From the NCBI GenBank assembly GCA_028534125.1, contig CM052816.1, positions 14,262,001 to 14,326,000 of the forward strand: 64,000 bases of DNA. The letters are read 5' to 3'. The notes beneath the pieces were generated by a model. That model saw only the letters and a list, made by a program, of their open reading frames with translations. It was not told the DNA's origin and made no database searches. This stretch comes from Lama glama. Its lineage: Eukaryota. Both the position numbers and the translations under genes were made by a program. This document shows, in pieces, positions 23,461 to 37,069 of this stretch. Each line of letters starts with the position of its first letter. The first letter of the stretch is position 1.

Positions 23461-24476
23461 TAAGACTGTTTTGTCTTTAGACAATGAGCTGCATGAGGGT
23501 TCTTAGTTTCTCCCTAGCACCTCCAAGAAGTGAATGCATGTCACCATATAGAATCAGCCTAGACTGGACTTATAAACTGTTCCTTCTGCCAAGTAGTGGT
23601 TTAGGAGTTTTACCCCTCATAGTAGATGGGATCTGCAAACAGTCCACTATCCTAAGGCCTGAACTTCTGGGGCTTGTGTCACTGCACTGCCCAGACTAAG
23701 CTTCTGTTCTTGTTATTATATTTCACTCATTTCCTGCCTGGACTAGAGTTTGGAACCCTGATTGCCCCACATTCCTGGGTACTGGATCCTGCTCCCCATT
23801 ATTCCAATATCTGGCCTAAGTCCTTCCCTCCATAGCTTCAACCTGGATGAGTATTTATGAAACCCACAACTGTATCACTTACAGGTCTGACATCATGGAC
23901 CAAGAGTGTCCAAAACTCTCCACTGGCTTTCATCACACCCCACCACCACTCCCATGAATCAACATCAGACCAGATGGGAATTCACTGAATTCACTTGGCC
24001 TACACAGATGGCATGATCTGGACTGCTGGTGGCATGGGGTTCATCTAGATGATTGTTAGAGCCCTTCTGAGTTAATTCTATGAAGTTCCACTTTTGCTCT
24101 TCATAGACTCCACAGCGGTTATCTACCTTACACCAAAATATTAAGTGTGCAGAATCAAGACGAAGTTGGTGTATTTCCTAAATCAGCTCCTGTTCCAAGA
24201 CGTTTCAGCCATGCCAGAAGACTTGAGAAAGTTGTGGTAGTAGAGGTAGAGGAAAGAAAAGCTGGCTTGACTAGTGATTTTTCTGCTCATCTATACCTTT
24301 TACCTCATCATTTTGAGGAAAAGAGTTTATTATTCCAAAAGAAAATGTACTTGCTTTTTAAAATTAGCTATACTTTTACTAATCAATTTTATCAAAGTAA
24401 TATATCAAAAAGGAGATAATGAAAAGGACTTAATTCTCATAAACCAGCACCCTGTAACATGGTAAGCTGGACTTAC

Positions 24477-24607
24477 TCTTCCAGGAACCAAAGGGATAGT
24501 AGCTTCAGTTTTGGTTCTCTCGGCTTCATCATAACTGGGCAGTGTGGTAGCCACATTGTAAGAGGGAGGCTTTGGAAACCCAGACTCATCTTTGTAGTCA
24601 AAATATG
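24477..24607 (-). CDS. NDFIP1: NDFIP1 exon 3 (AYFDY...PPSY...LPSY...VPGR), PY motifs 2 and 3
   Basis: Acceptor ttttattctgcag; donor AGA|GTAAGT; 131 nt. Confidence 0.97.
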
Positions 24608-26958
24608 CTGCAGAATAAAAAGGAAATCACAATTATCTGATGATTAGCTGAAATGAAGGAAAAGAAGATTTCTGCAAACTCTGGCAAATAAAAACCAGCC
24701 ATTTCTCTAACAGTACAGACAGAATAACTGAATCAAATGATGTTTAAAGATGAGTATAAGACTGGGAACAATTTTTAAATTTATCCTCTTTTCAATTATT
24801 TAAATTCCAGGCTCACTTTGCCCTCCCTTCCAAGTGCTTTTGAACACTTTTTCTGGCTGTTATGTGGTGTGTTCACAAAAAGCATTTAATATTAATAATG
24901 GCATAAAGGAAAAATTTAAGCTAAAAATACTTGACCTGTCTGTGTAAATCTGTACCATGGTTTCCTCGCATTTATAAACATGAAAATAAACTTCAAAAAA
25001 ATTTAAAATTCATTTCTTACAGATTTTGGCACTTTGACTCTTTCACATTATTTTTACATGTACTGTTTTCTATGACATGCCTAATGTAACTAATTCAGTT
25101 ACAGAACCATTATTTATTTGTGTTAAATCTTGCACTTCTTTTTAATGTTGCATCTTCATTCTCATTAACATCTATTAGAAAAGATTCAATATGCATTATT
25201 AGAAAAGATCTACCTACAAATGGATTAATTTTCTACACAATTTTTTTAAAAGCTTAGGAATTTTGAAAAAATTCCTATAGTTGACCAATATTAACATTTT
25301 TCTTTTCTCCTCTTTGGTTAATTGTAATTAATTTCCAATTTTACTGTAGTATATTATTGAAATTATCAATCAACAGAATTCACTTCATTAACAGAAAAAA
25401 GGAGAAAAATTCTACTGTCTTCACAGAAGACAGAAAAAACATTTGATAAAATTCAATACCTACTAATAACAAAAACATTTAGCAAATTAGGAATAAAAAT
25501 AATATTATTCCTTAATCTTACCACACTTCTCTATGAAAAATCTAGAGCAAATATCATAATTAATGGTCTTTTCAATGAATGGTACAGGATCAAATGAGTA
25601 TCTATATGTAAAAACAATCTTGACCACTACCTCACACTATATAGAAAAAATTCCAGATGGAATGCAGATCTATCTAGATCAGAAAAATATCAAAGCTTTT
25701 AGAAGAAAATTAGGAAAATATATTACGGAAACTAAAGCTGCCACTTAATTGAATTCAAGAAACTTGTTTTCTCTGTCAAAATAGCTACTTTACATACATA
25801 CATATGTATACATATATATGCATGCATGTATAATACAAAACACTGAATATATATAATTGCCTTTAAATTTTCTTTTTACTTTTAATCAAATCATACTATT
25901 CAGTCATATTACAAATTGAAGGGTACAGTCTGAATTAGCCCACAGCCATAGTAACTCTGAATACATGAATAAAACTGATATCTACTACCTTAAATTGAGG
26001 GAAATCAAGAACATTTTCATTTCTCTATTTAAAAGGATTCTTTTTAAAAATGGTATCCATCAATGAACACACCTCATATAATTTTAAGTTTCCATGAATA
26101 GTTTAATGACAATCTTTTCTAATTTATTTAGTACATTCAAAACAAACAAAAAAACACAATATATTTGTTATATTGTTCAAATTTATATACCACAAATTAA
26201 AACAGGTAAAGTGAGTATACAAAATAGTGATTTGCACCTTTTCCCCCCTACCAACATGCGTGCACCATTCTATTTCTAACCATCGGGCACATACTTGCCA
26301 CTCTACCACAGTTCTGTTTTAGAGTATGGAAGAAGTTCCATCAAAACTGGTCAATTTTCAGCAATTAAAGCAGACTGGTTATCACAAAGATCTAATTACC
26401 CAAAGTCCTAAACTACTGCAATTTTCTTTCTTCTCCCCCATACCTTCCACATACGTATGTGAAAATTAAAAAGATAATCTGGCATAAAGTGGGAAGACAA
26501 AAGGTTAATTAAGGAGGGTTTAAACTACGAGGAACAGAATGAAAGAGTTGGGAGACTTTTAGGTTTTTTAATGAAGAATTTATTAGCATAGAAGAAATCT
26601 AACATACTATATTCTAGGTCATAGGTACCAGAATCAGAGTAAAACAGCTAATGAGTAAAAGTACCTTCCCCCAAAAAAACCCAAATCAGGTGACCATATG
26701 GTTCCTGAACTCTTACTTCCTTTATATTAAGAGTCTCTTGGAAAGCAATTGAGTTCCATAAAAAAGCCACATTGGAACAGGGTTTTATCTGTTTTTCAGA
26801 ACAGTAACGTGAATTTTTTTCACTTCAGGCTACAAACCAAAAATAACGTCAAAGACTTCTCAAGGAAAGCTGAAGCAAACACCAACATAGCCACACTAGA
26901 CAAAAGGTTCTGGCCAATGCATCTCAAGAGCTCAGCAGCCCCTCATGCTGTCACCTAC

Positions 26959-27046
26959 CTGCACTCTCAGCGGAGATGCTGCTGTAAGGTGGAGGAGCGT
27001 CCCCCGCAGCCTGCTGCGGCTCTCCAGACTCCTCTTCATTCTGCAG
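26959..27046 (-). CDS. NDFIP1: NDFIP1 exon 2 (LQNEE...PPPY...AESA), PY motif 1
   Basis: Acceptor T-tract+AG at 27048-27047; donor CAG|GTAGGT; 88 nt. Confidence 0.97.
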
Positions 27047-27099
27047 CTAAAAAAATGTTTATATTTTAATGCAAGCATAAAGCCAGTTTGACAGAGGAG

Positions 27100-27600
27100 A
27101 ACCTGAAAACGGGAATAGCTACTTGGAAATATGTTTCAAAAGCCTTAAAATGTGCAAATCCTTTACAAAGTATTCTATTCCCAGGAATTTATCCTAGGAA
27201 AATAATCTGACAGAGGCAAAAAAGGAAGATATAAATGTTATTGCAGCAAAAAATTAAGAGCAATCTAAATACCAATCATAGCAGACTTATTAAATAAATT
27301 ACAGTTCACATCACAAAGGACTACTAAGCAATCACAAAAATGAAAATAAAGAAAATTCGATGACTTGAACAGTCATGCTGTACTGCTGCATGAAAAAAGC
27401 TAAATTTAACAAATCCTATGAATCATATACTTTGGTTTTGGAAGACGAACATGTGGTGGAAAGATCTATAATGATAAACATCTACACTTTACACTGTTTA
27501 TCTCAGGAGATGCAATCGGAGGGGATTTTTTCTGTTTCTTATACATATGTTCTAATTTTTTGTAATGAACATTTACCACTTGTATAATTTTTCAATTGGA
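27100..27600 (+). mobile_element. Ancient L1 (L1ME-like) 3' fragment
   Basis: attctattcccaggaatttatcctaggaaaataat..aaatgttattgcagca; degenerate. Confidence 0.55.
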
Positions 27601-29259
27601 AAAATAATCTAATAATAACAATCTGTTAAGACACAGACAAATCACAGCAAAACCAAGGTTTACCATTATATTCAATTTGTGCATAAAAATTGTATCTTAA
27701 ATAATTGAAATATTTATAAAAACATAAAATTCTACCTAATTCTACATATAACCTCTGTCAATGTATCTTCCTCTTCCCTATCTTGGCAACTTTCTCACTG
27801 GACCATCTACAGCTCTAGTTACCTTAGATAACTCACACTGAAAGTGTCTTCCTGCCATCACCAGTCTAGACAGTCTACCCAACTCCTCTTTATAGAAGAA
27901 AGACATTTGATTTAATTTTCCAGTGTGACAACAGATTGACTACAGCTTTAAGAGACAAACTGGCTAAGAATGGGAGTCAATCTGTAAAGTACTAACAGAG
28001 TATTTATTAGTGTAACTGACCTGGAGGTCATGGTCCTAGCTGTACACCAGCAATGATATATAGAGCCAACTGTAAAATACATCTAACCCAGCTGCTAGAA
28101 AGAACTTTATCTTGAATTGAGACAGAAAAACAGCCTGACGTGTCACAGCATGAAGTAGAAATCAAATTTGAACCATCTCAGTCTCGAATCCCTATACTAT
28201 TCAAAATCAGAAGCCAACAAAACTGTTCTGATTAACACTGCAAATCATTCAATGTCCAATGAATTCTTCTGCCAAGTTTTCATCAACATCTACCATCTAG
28301 GCACATTTTTTTGAACCCTAGTAATCTAATGTTAAACTTTAGGCACTCCCAAAATAACTGTACTGTAACATAAGATGAATTTTCCTTTCAAAGGAAAGCA
28401 TATGGGCAAAATAGCTACAGTAAAGCCAAACGTTCCTGGGAAACCAAAACAGTAAATAATTTAAATAGGGTTCCTGGGGCCAGGTTCGCCTGGAATATTT
28501 TCAACATTATCTACAGCTCTCCAGACAGGGGTATTCTCAGCCTCCTCCCACCTAACAACTCTTGTGCCTCGGGAATGTTGCAAAAAGCAGCGAAAGAGAA
28601 CCAAGACGCAAATACAGACTTTTCAAGAATGTTGCCTTAATTTACTGGAGCCACTCATGTTCTTTATTTAAACCTAGCTTGATATTTTTGACCCCTTTTT
28701 CTATTTCCCGAGCTTGGTCAACTAATCATGTTACCTCTGCATAATTTAGGTTTTAGAAAGTAATCATGAGAATTCTAAGAAATACAGAATTCTAAGAAAT
28801 GAAGAATAAAGGAGTTATAATGCCTGTATCTGCAAGATAGGTTGCCTGTCTCCTAGCAACCTGGAAATGTGAAATTTGATCATCCCATACCAGAACAACA
28901 GATAACAGACCAAAGAAATTCCAACCGTCTCAGAAACCCCCATTTTCTCTTTGATGAGGAAAAAAGAAACAGTTACAAGTAAAGTTTTTTGTTCCATTAA
29001 AATTCGCCACTTATTTCTAACTGAAAAAAACAAGAATAGCAAAAAATATCCACTATGATTATGGAGGCACCACACACTGGGATGATCTCAGGACCTCACT
29101 GTACTGGCTTCCCAACTCTGACTTGTTTTTCATAATCCTGGTGATAAGTTTAGGCCCCATCAAGAGAGGTGTTTAAAATAAAGTACTATAATGTAGGAGG
29201 AAAAGAGACAATCACCTTCAAGAAGTATTTAGTGACCACCTTCTGCGTGAATAATAACT

Positions 29260-29793
29260 TGTTACACAACAGAATCCCTAAGTAGAGCACCTACCATGAT
29301 TAATTTGGCTCTGGCAGGCCAAACAAGTCAGGCACTAATTAGCAAGGCAGAGGGATGTGCACTGGAACCAGAGTGGGCCTTGACTATAAGGCTATGAAAT
29401 TGGTTAGTTGGTTCCGAAATATATTTTTAAGATTCTCCTTTTCTGTCCTTGGGAACCTTTCCTGTGCAGCCCTCTCTGCCACATCTTGGAGCTCAGGGAT
29501 CTTCAGCCTCCCTCTCAAGGCTCTCTAAGAGATTAAGTGTCATTGTCACTTTGGGGCTAGTGTTGGAAAGATGCCCAGTCTCTTCTAGCAACTGGGTCAG
29601 TGGAAGCCTGAGTCCAACCTACCTGTTACAGATTTTTGGTTGTAGGGGATACTGAGAGACAAGTTTCAGGAGTGGCGGGACTTTCTGCTCTCCCCCTGGA
29701 CTATGCTTTTGGGTTGGCGGGGGAAGGTCCTTTGAATATGTCTTTGTAACAGACAACAAATACCTTTGGGCCCCTGGATTCTTTTCTGTCACA
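29260..29793 (+). mobile_element. 534-bp TG..CA element with 5-bp TSD, probable ERVL-class solo LTR
   Basis: TAACT at 29255-29259 and 29794-29798; starts TGTTACA, ends TGTCACA; orientation inferred from degenerate AACAAA near the right end. Confidence 0.75.
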
Positions 29794-30784
29794 TAACTTC
29801 TTAAAAAAAAAATTCTGATCAATTTTATTTATCTCCAAATAAGATTTAAAAGGTGGTTTTTCCAAAAAAATTATACAATTACCTATACATGCCATATAAA
29901 GTACTGAGTTTAGTACAAAACTATGTCTTCATGGCTGACATAGGAATAATTCACTCATCTGAAAATTCAGATTGTCTTTCTCTTCACCACACCCCAGAGA
30001 GTGCTCTCACTCCCATTATCCTGATTACCCGTGTTCCTCCTTATACTCTAAGCAGACTCATGGGTCATGGCTCCCCAGAAGAACCTTAAAATTCTTCCAT
30101 GTTCCCACTTTATATGTATTACAATCTGCTCTGGTACTTCTTAGCCTTGATCAACCTCAATTTTTTTTCTTTTAATATTTGTCTACAAATAGATGCTATT
30201 AATGTTTTGTCCTCTAGATTTAGCCTGTGAAACATAACACATCTAAAGTAAAGGCTATTTTTCCTTCTTACTACCTTCCTCTGTATCCTATCTGTACTGT
30301 TGCTATTAGAAATAAATACATGACATTTTAGCTAAACCACAGTTTAAAGAATCCCCCATATAAAAATCATACATAGCTCCAGTTCTAATAGAAGCAAACT
30401 GAATTTAACAAGCTTAAAGACATTTGTACCCTACAGGTTTAAATTCTTATTTGAGCTCTCACCCCAGTAAGAAGGCTTCTTCACTACTCTCCCCTAAGTA
30501 GTTCTGAAGATGGTCTTCAATTTAGAAATGAGGCTTTTTTTAAGCAATAGAAGAGACAGGCTAGGATCAGGCCTAAGTCAGGGTCAGTATTTACAACAGC
30601 ACCGGATGGCAGTACCTAGAGGCACATAAAAGCCATTCTTGGACTCTATTTACTAAGAATGAGAGAATAACAAAGAAACAAAAACAAACCAACAAAAAAA
30701 CCTCTACTAAACAACAAAGAGAAAAATAAGCCAAAAACCCATAAATCCTTACATATGAGAAGAGGTATCAAAATATACCTTATA

Positions 30785-31132
30785 AAATACCATATGAGAC
30801 CGCTCATATGTGGAATCTAAAACAACAACAACAACAAAACCATAAATACAAAACAGAAACAAACTCATAGACACAGAATACAAACTTGTGGTTGCCAAGG
30901 GGGCGGGGGGTGGGAGGGGACATACTGGGATTTCAAAATGTAGAATAGATGGACGGGATTATACTGTATAGCAAAGGGAAATATATACAAGATCTTATGG
31001 TAGCTCACAGAGAAGAAAATGTGACAATGAATATATACATGTTCATGTACAACTGAAAAATTGTGCTCTACACTGGAATTTGACACAGCATTGTAAAATG
31101 ATTAGAAATCAATAAAAAATGTTAAAAAAAAT
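30785..31132 (+). mobile_element. Relatively young 5'-truncated L1 3' end
   Basis: aaataccatatgag..atatgtggaatctaaaa..aacttgtggttgccaagggg..aataaaaaatgttaaaaaaa. Confidence 0.85.
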
Positions 31133-31891
31133 TAATGCAGACACAACATTTCAATTGAGGCTGCAGCAGAGTAGAAAAAAAATTTCTACAGCATTTGACA
31201 GATATTTCTAATATGATAATTATCTAATTGGATTATGATAATTTGTTTATGTACTTCCGTGAATTCTCCAAAGTGGGACATTTTTGTGTATTTACTGAAT
31301 GCCTAGCAGAGTCCCTAGAACATAGTTGTTCTTCAGAAATATTTATTGAATGATAAAGAATATTAAGCCTCAGAAAGACCTAAATAATAAGGCAAAATTG
31401 CCTTTAGAATAGTCAGTACAACATAAATTTGGGGTGAATTATAGAAATTGTGTTTGTATAAATTATTTTTCTTTTGAAATACCATATATAAGTATCTCAG
31501 TCAAATATGTCAAAATACATGATTAAGCCAATTACATATTGGCTTATCCTACAGAAATATAATACAAAACACATGTCCTTTAAAAAAAATATATATATAC
31601 ACATATACCTTGTAACTCACACAAACATAACAAGTATATGCAAAATAATGCTAAACTATCTAATAAACCCATAAAGTTACAAGTATTTGTACCACTCATT
31701 GTATTTTTCTTGGTTGAGTCCTAATTAAACAGCAAGAAAATTCTTCTAAGTTTTTAATCCCTTCTCTAAGTTATGAACAATTAATCTCAGAAAATCCTAG
31801 ATCAATACCTAAACTCTAGCTTTAAATGCTATTTACCACTTCTAATTTTAGAGTTAATTTCTAAAACTTCTATCTTGAAATGCAATTTTTA

Positions 31892-32046
31892 TTTTTTAAT
31901 TCTTTTTTTAAGCTTTTGTTTTGTGGGGAGGCAGTTAAGTTTATTTATTTAATTTTTTTTTAGTGGAGGTACTGGGGATTGAACTCAGGACCTTGTGCAT
32001 ACTAAACACACACTCTACTACTGAGCTGTACTATATCCTCACTCTA
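31892..32046 (-). mobile_element. tRNA-derived SINE (Vic-1-like), intron 1
   Basis: ggtactggggattgaactcaggacc; perfect TSD aaatgcaattttta at 31878-31891 and 32047-32060. Confidence 0.9.
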
Positions 32047-32258
32047 AAATGCAATTTTTAAACCTCTTATTACCAACCCACTACTTCTGCATTCTCTTTA
32101 AATCCCACCAAATAAGACAGTGTAATTACCAGAAAGTAAACAAGCACATTTCTTTAGGTAAACAACAGGGTATGCTATTTTACTCTGTTGTTCAGACGAC
32201 TATAAATGTCACTCTGTTGTTTGAGGACTATACATTTTCTATTGTATGTAGGCTGTAG

Positions 32259-32555
32259 TTTTTTTTAATGAAGTATAATTGACATTGAATATCATGTCAG
32301 TTTCAGGTATACATTGTGGTAATTCAACACTCACAGACACTTCCAAATGATCACCTTGACATCTAGTTACCATCTGTCACCACACAAAGTTGTTACAATG
32401 GTACTGACTGTATTCCCAATGCTGTACATCACATCCCCGTGACTTGCTTATTTTATAAATGGAACTTTGTACTCCTTAATCCCCTTCACCTACTTCACCT
32501 ACACCCCAACTCCCCTCCCCTCTGGCAAAAACCAGTTTGTTTTTGTATCTATGAG
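32259..32555 (-). mobile_element. L1 3' end fragment
   Basis: T-tract then tgaagtataattgacat..gttaccatctgtcacc..ccctctggcaa; degenerate TSD t[g/a]tag[g/a]ctgtag. Confidence 0.8.
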
Positions 32556-32709
32556 TATAGACTGTAGATTTTTAACTGTATACAGTATACTGACTGTAAA
32601 TTGTATTATTCCAATACCACCAAATTCTTTACATTCAAGAACAGTTCTCTATTAAATTGCTATTAATTAGGGGATGACAACTGAATAAGGTAAATAATTG
32701 ACAAAGAGA

Positions 32710-34050
32710 AATTCAACAATTAAAAAAAAAAGATCTAATTTTAACAGACATTTCTCCAAAAAAGCTATACAAATGGCCAGTACACATGAGACGTTCAATA
32801 CCATTAGTCATTAAGAAATGCAAATCAAAACCACAAGATACCACATCACACCCACAAACATGGCAAGAAAAAAAAAAGAAAGAAAGAAAGAAAGAAAAAG
32901 AAAAAAGAAAAAAAGGTGGGAGAATCAAATATTGCTGAATAATATTGTGAAGAAATTAGAACCCTCATACATGGCTGGTGGTAATGTAAAGTGGTATAGC
33001 CATTGTGGAAAACAGCTTGGCTGTTACTCAAAAAAAGTTAAACACAGTTATAAAAGGGCCCAGCAATTCCACTTCGAGATACAATCCCAAGAGAACTAAA
33101 AGCATATTTTCACAAAAAGACTTGTACATAGGTCTCTAGATCCCAGACAGTCACCTGAGTAGGTGTCTGCAGCCTGCCAGTGTGCTCTAACCTTAGCTAT
33201 GGGTCATGGAGAAAGGGAAAATGTGTATGCTCAGCTCTAATTGCTTAGGACAGGTGTAGACCAGCCAAGTGCCAAGAATGGCAGATAGCATGCCACTGGA
33301 TTTCCCTGTGGCTGCGTGGCTGTATTTTCAGGATTAGGGAGAAGTCAACTTTCCCTTGACAGGGATGTCTTCAGAAGGTTGTTTCATTCCCTCCTCTGCA
33401 TTCTCAACCTGACTTCTTAACCCCTTCCCAGATACTAAGCATCTTATTTTAAGGGGGGGGGGGGAAGGGGGTGGTAAGAGGAAGTTTCCACTCCGTATCA
33501 ACATGAAATAGAGTGTATTTAAATCCATGCAGTTTAAAAAGCAAATAAACTTAAAAAAAAAAAGACTTGTATATGAATGTTCACAGCAACATTATTTGTA
33601 ACAGTCAAATTCTTTATCAACTGATGAATGGATAAACAAAATATGCTATATCCATACAAAAGGATGGTTAGAAATAAACCATGCTGTCAAAAACAAAAAG
33701 ATGACATACTGATACGTGTTACAACATAGGTGAAACTTGAAAACATTACGCTAAGCAAAAGAAGCCAGTCACAAAACACCACATATTGTATGATTCCATA
33801 TATATAAAATCTCCAGAAAAGGCAAGTCCTATAGAGACAGCAAGTAGACTGGTGGCTGCCAGGTGCTGGAAAAGGGAAGAAGGGCGGAGTGACTGATTGC
33901 TAATGCGTCAATGTTTCTTTTTTGGGTGATTCAAATGTTCTGGAATAGACAGTGGTAATGGCTGCAAAACCTTGTGAACATAGTAAAAATCACTGAATTG
34001 TATACTTTTAAAGGATGAATTTTATGGTATGTGGATTACATCTCAAAAAA
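32710..34050 (+). mobile_element. L1MB-like 3' region, interrupted at 33130-33558 by a non-L1 insert
   Basis: gaaatgcaaatcaaaaccacaagatacc..cagcaattccactt..gatgaatggataaacaaaat..tgaattgtatactttta; L1 sequence resumes seamlessly after insert. Confidence 0.85.
33130..33563 (+). pseudogene. Retroposed non-L1 insert (truncated processed 3'UTR or orphan transduction), parent unknown
   Basis: TSD aaaaagacttgta[c/t]at at 33114-33129 and 33559-33574; AATAAA 33544-33549; A-run 33553-33563. Confidence 0.7.
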
Positions 34051-34358
34051 AGTAAGAGTATTTTCTAATTTTCCAACTGCAAACCTATATAATATGCATT
34101 TCATTTAAAACAACACTGAAAACTGACTACTCCAAATCATTATTTTCTTGCTATCAATGTCTGTGCCCCTTAATGGGAGGTGATGGGTCTTATCCCACCA
34201 ACATCTCCAGAGCTTAACATGGAACACAAATCTGTGAATGGATAGAAATAATAAAGAAAAAAAAACACTGAATTGCAAACTAATCATGGTTCAAAAAAAT
34301 TCCTTAATATTCTCCTTCCCTAAACAGATAAATATTACAATAAAGAAATGAAAAGATT

Positions 34359-34452
34359 GGGGTGGGGAGTAATAGCTCAGTGGTAGAGCACATGTTTACC
34401 ATGCATGAGGTCCTGGGTTCCATCTCCAGGACCTCCATTAAAAAGAAAAAAG
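34359..34452 (+). mobile_element. tRNA-derived SINE (short Vic-1-like)
   Basis: tagctcagtggtagagcacatg..ggtcctgggttcca..A tail; imperfect TSD aaagaaatga. Confidence 0.85.
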
Positions 34453-37069
34453 AAATGAGAAAGTAGTTTGACTAACAACCTATTTTAAAAGCTGAGAATA
34501 AACAGTATTATTTTTTTCTACTTCAAGAGTTTACCAAAAGATAACTTTAAAAACAAATCACCAGATTTAGACTATCCCTAACAACACCTCTCATTGGCAG
34601 AGGGAGAAGACAAATGCAAATCCTCTTAATAACAAAATGAAAACACAATTTAAAAATCAAAATTCACCAAAGCAAAGGAAAAGCAAAGTAATCAGAACAA
34701 TGCTTTAAAAAGACAATGGCAATAACAGGAAAAGAATACCGCAGTAAATCCTCTTAGAAAGGCCATCAGTTTATAAAGCTTTCTATTTAAAGATTTTTGT
34801 GGTTATCACTGTTAACATACATACATACAACCAATGAATACGATCTGGTTTGCAAGGAGAGAAAATATTCTAACTCCATATTTATGTCAGCCCTCAGAAA
34901 TGAGAGCAAATGCTTCAAACTATGATCACCAATTTGACGGCTTTTCTTGTTTTCTTCACCTGAGCTCCAAGAAACAAGTGAAGGTATACCATTCAGAGAG
35001 AAAAGAGGAAGGCAAGATAGTAGCCACTCATCTCCAACCTCAACTCTCCTAAGAAGCCAAGGCACTGGGAAAAATCACTCCTCCTCCATGGAGCCACTGA
35101 ACTTGCCAACTATGGCTATGACAGTGGCATTGTGAGATTTTGGGGTAGCACCAGAAAACTGTCATCAACCTGCCAAGTCCTGGGATCCACATCTTACATA
35201 CAAGTATTTTCACATCTGATGGTTTCACCAAGACAATGTCAAATAAATGGTGCCCAATGTTTCCTGGCACCAACTTCAGCAAAATCTACAGCCAAGAGCC
35301 TTCCAGGTTAATGGCAGGAGCCTCCCATCCCTTGCCATGCTTCATGATTTTACTAAAGACTGGGGAAACAATGGACAATTACACAATGTTGTCAAATAGG
35401 TAAGAGTAAGTCTCTCTACCCTTGAACATAGTATCTTTTAAGAAGTAGCATCCAACTATTTACTAACCAATCCATGTCCTGAGTCTCACCTCTTCTTCAC
35501 TTCTTGGTTCCATAAGAAAACTCAAGTCTTAGTTCAGTGATCCAGAACCTACTTGGGAAGGAATTAAAAGTCTTGCAAAGACAAGTTGAATTGGAGACTA
35601 AGCACCTGGCTTGTTCCCCTTGCTTTTGACAGGGTAGTTCACCTATTGTATATAGAATAAACGAATTGAAAATAGTAGCAAGACCAGATTCATTTTAAAA
35701 TAATTATATAAAATCTAATCCCTATGAATGGTAAATACTGTTTGCGTTTTTAAAACCCTATGTGTTGTGTTCTAAGATACGTTAGTGCTCTAAAATATCA
35801 TCATGGAAGCAAAAATTAACTCCTAACTATTCACCATTTTAAATGACATATTAAGCAATGCTTTAAGAAAAAAAAATATGACACGTCCCAACAGAACACA
35901 GACTACAACTAGCATCTATTCAAGGATTCTTTGGGGTTTCAAAAACAATTTTTAAAAATTATTTGTATCTATGTATAGTCTTTACACTAGAACTTAAAGG
36001 ATTCTGGACTTGGCATACAGAATACCTCTAGCCTCCATTAAGATGTTTATATACATATACACACGTTAATACACACATATAGACATGTTTGCGCATATAT
36101 ATAAAGATATATATTTATATTTAGATATACATATTTATGATATATATATAGCATACATACATATATATGTCCCTCCTAAAATCCTAACTGGTAAAACAAT
36201 TATATAATGTCATATTATAATTACAAAAGCAGTCAACTCTTTCAAGTCAGTCTAATGCAAAGTTATCATTAAACCGCATGCCTATCTAGCAAATATTTAA
36301 ATTAGCTTGATTTGTGCAACTTTCCCGAAAAACAGCTGTACTGCAGAAAGAGTACTTAAAATGTAAATGCCATTAATGTAAATTTATAATCTACAGACTT
36401 AGAGTTAGATGTAAATATGCTGTGATTCATACTTACTATTCTCTTTGCCTTTTCTTCCACCATAACCCACAAGAGCCTTCCACATGGATAATCGGAAGTG
36501 TGAATTAGTTCATTCAGTGAAATTTTACCAGACACTATCACATACCAGGATCACACCAATTTTTGACTATTTTTTCCTTAATGTTCCTAAAAGAGCACTT
36601 TCATTTTTTCATTAATTTACTAGAAAGACTGGCTGTTATTTAAGCCATAATAATAGTATTCAGGCTGATAATTTGGAATATTAAAAAGTTAATTTGATGA
36701 AAGTTAAGATCAATATTTGTCAACGTGGACAAAATAACTCTTCCATTAAATCTATTGATAGAAGCACTATTCCAAGTACCATTACAATAAAATACCAAAG
36801 GAAGTTCTTTCTTAGATACAGTAACTGGTTTCTTCTGGGCTCTACTTGTTTTTCATGTTAATATTTTCCACCCTCTGGCCAGCTTAGTGTTTGGGTCATC
36901 ACGAGGGATGGCATATTTTTATCAGCAATTTCCTGCAGAACTAGTGCATATTTGTCTTACTGTTCTTCAAAAGTGAACCATCAATTTCTTCCTTTATCAT
37001 TACCTTTTTTGTGCACAAGGACATGGAGATGTTCACCCATATTCACTTCTCAAATTAAGAACTTTTATT

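Noticed and set aside
28769..28800. Short direct duplications (agaattctaagaaat x2; similar ones near 4836, 16354, 23978, 25174) as array or CRISPR-like structure
   Set aside because: Isolated two-copy slippage duplications; no repeat-spacer periodicity seen in the window
30785..31490. L1 with 3' transduction, suggested by aaataccatat occurring at both ends
   Set aside because: The left copy is ordinary L1 3'UTR sequence and no polyA tail precedes the right copy
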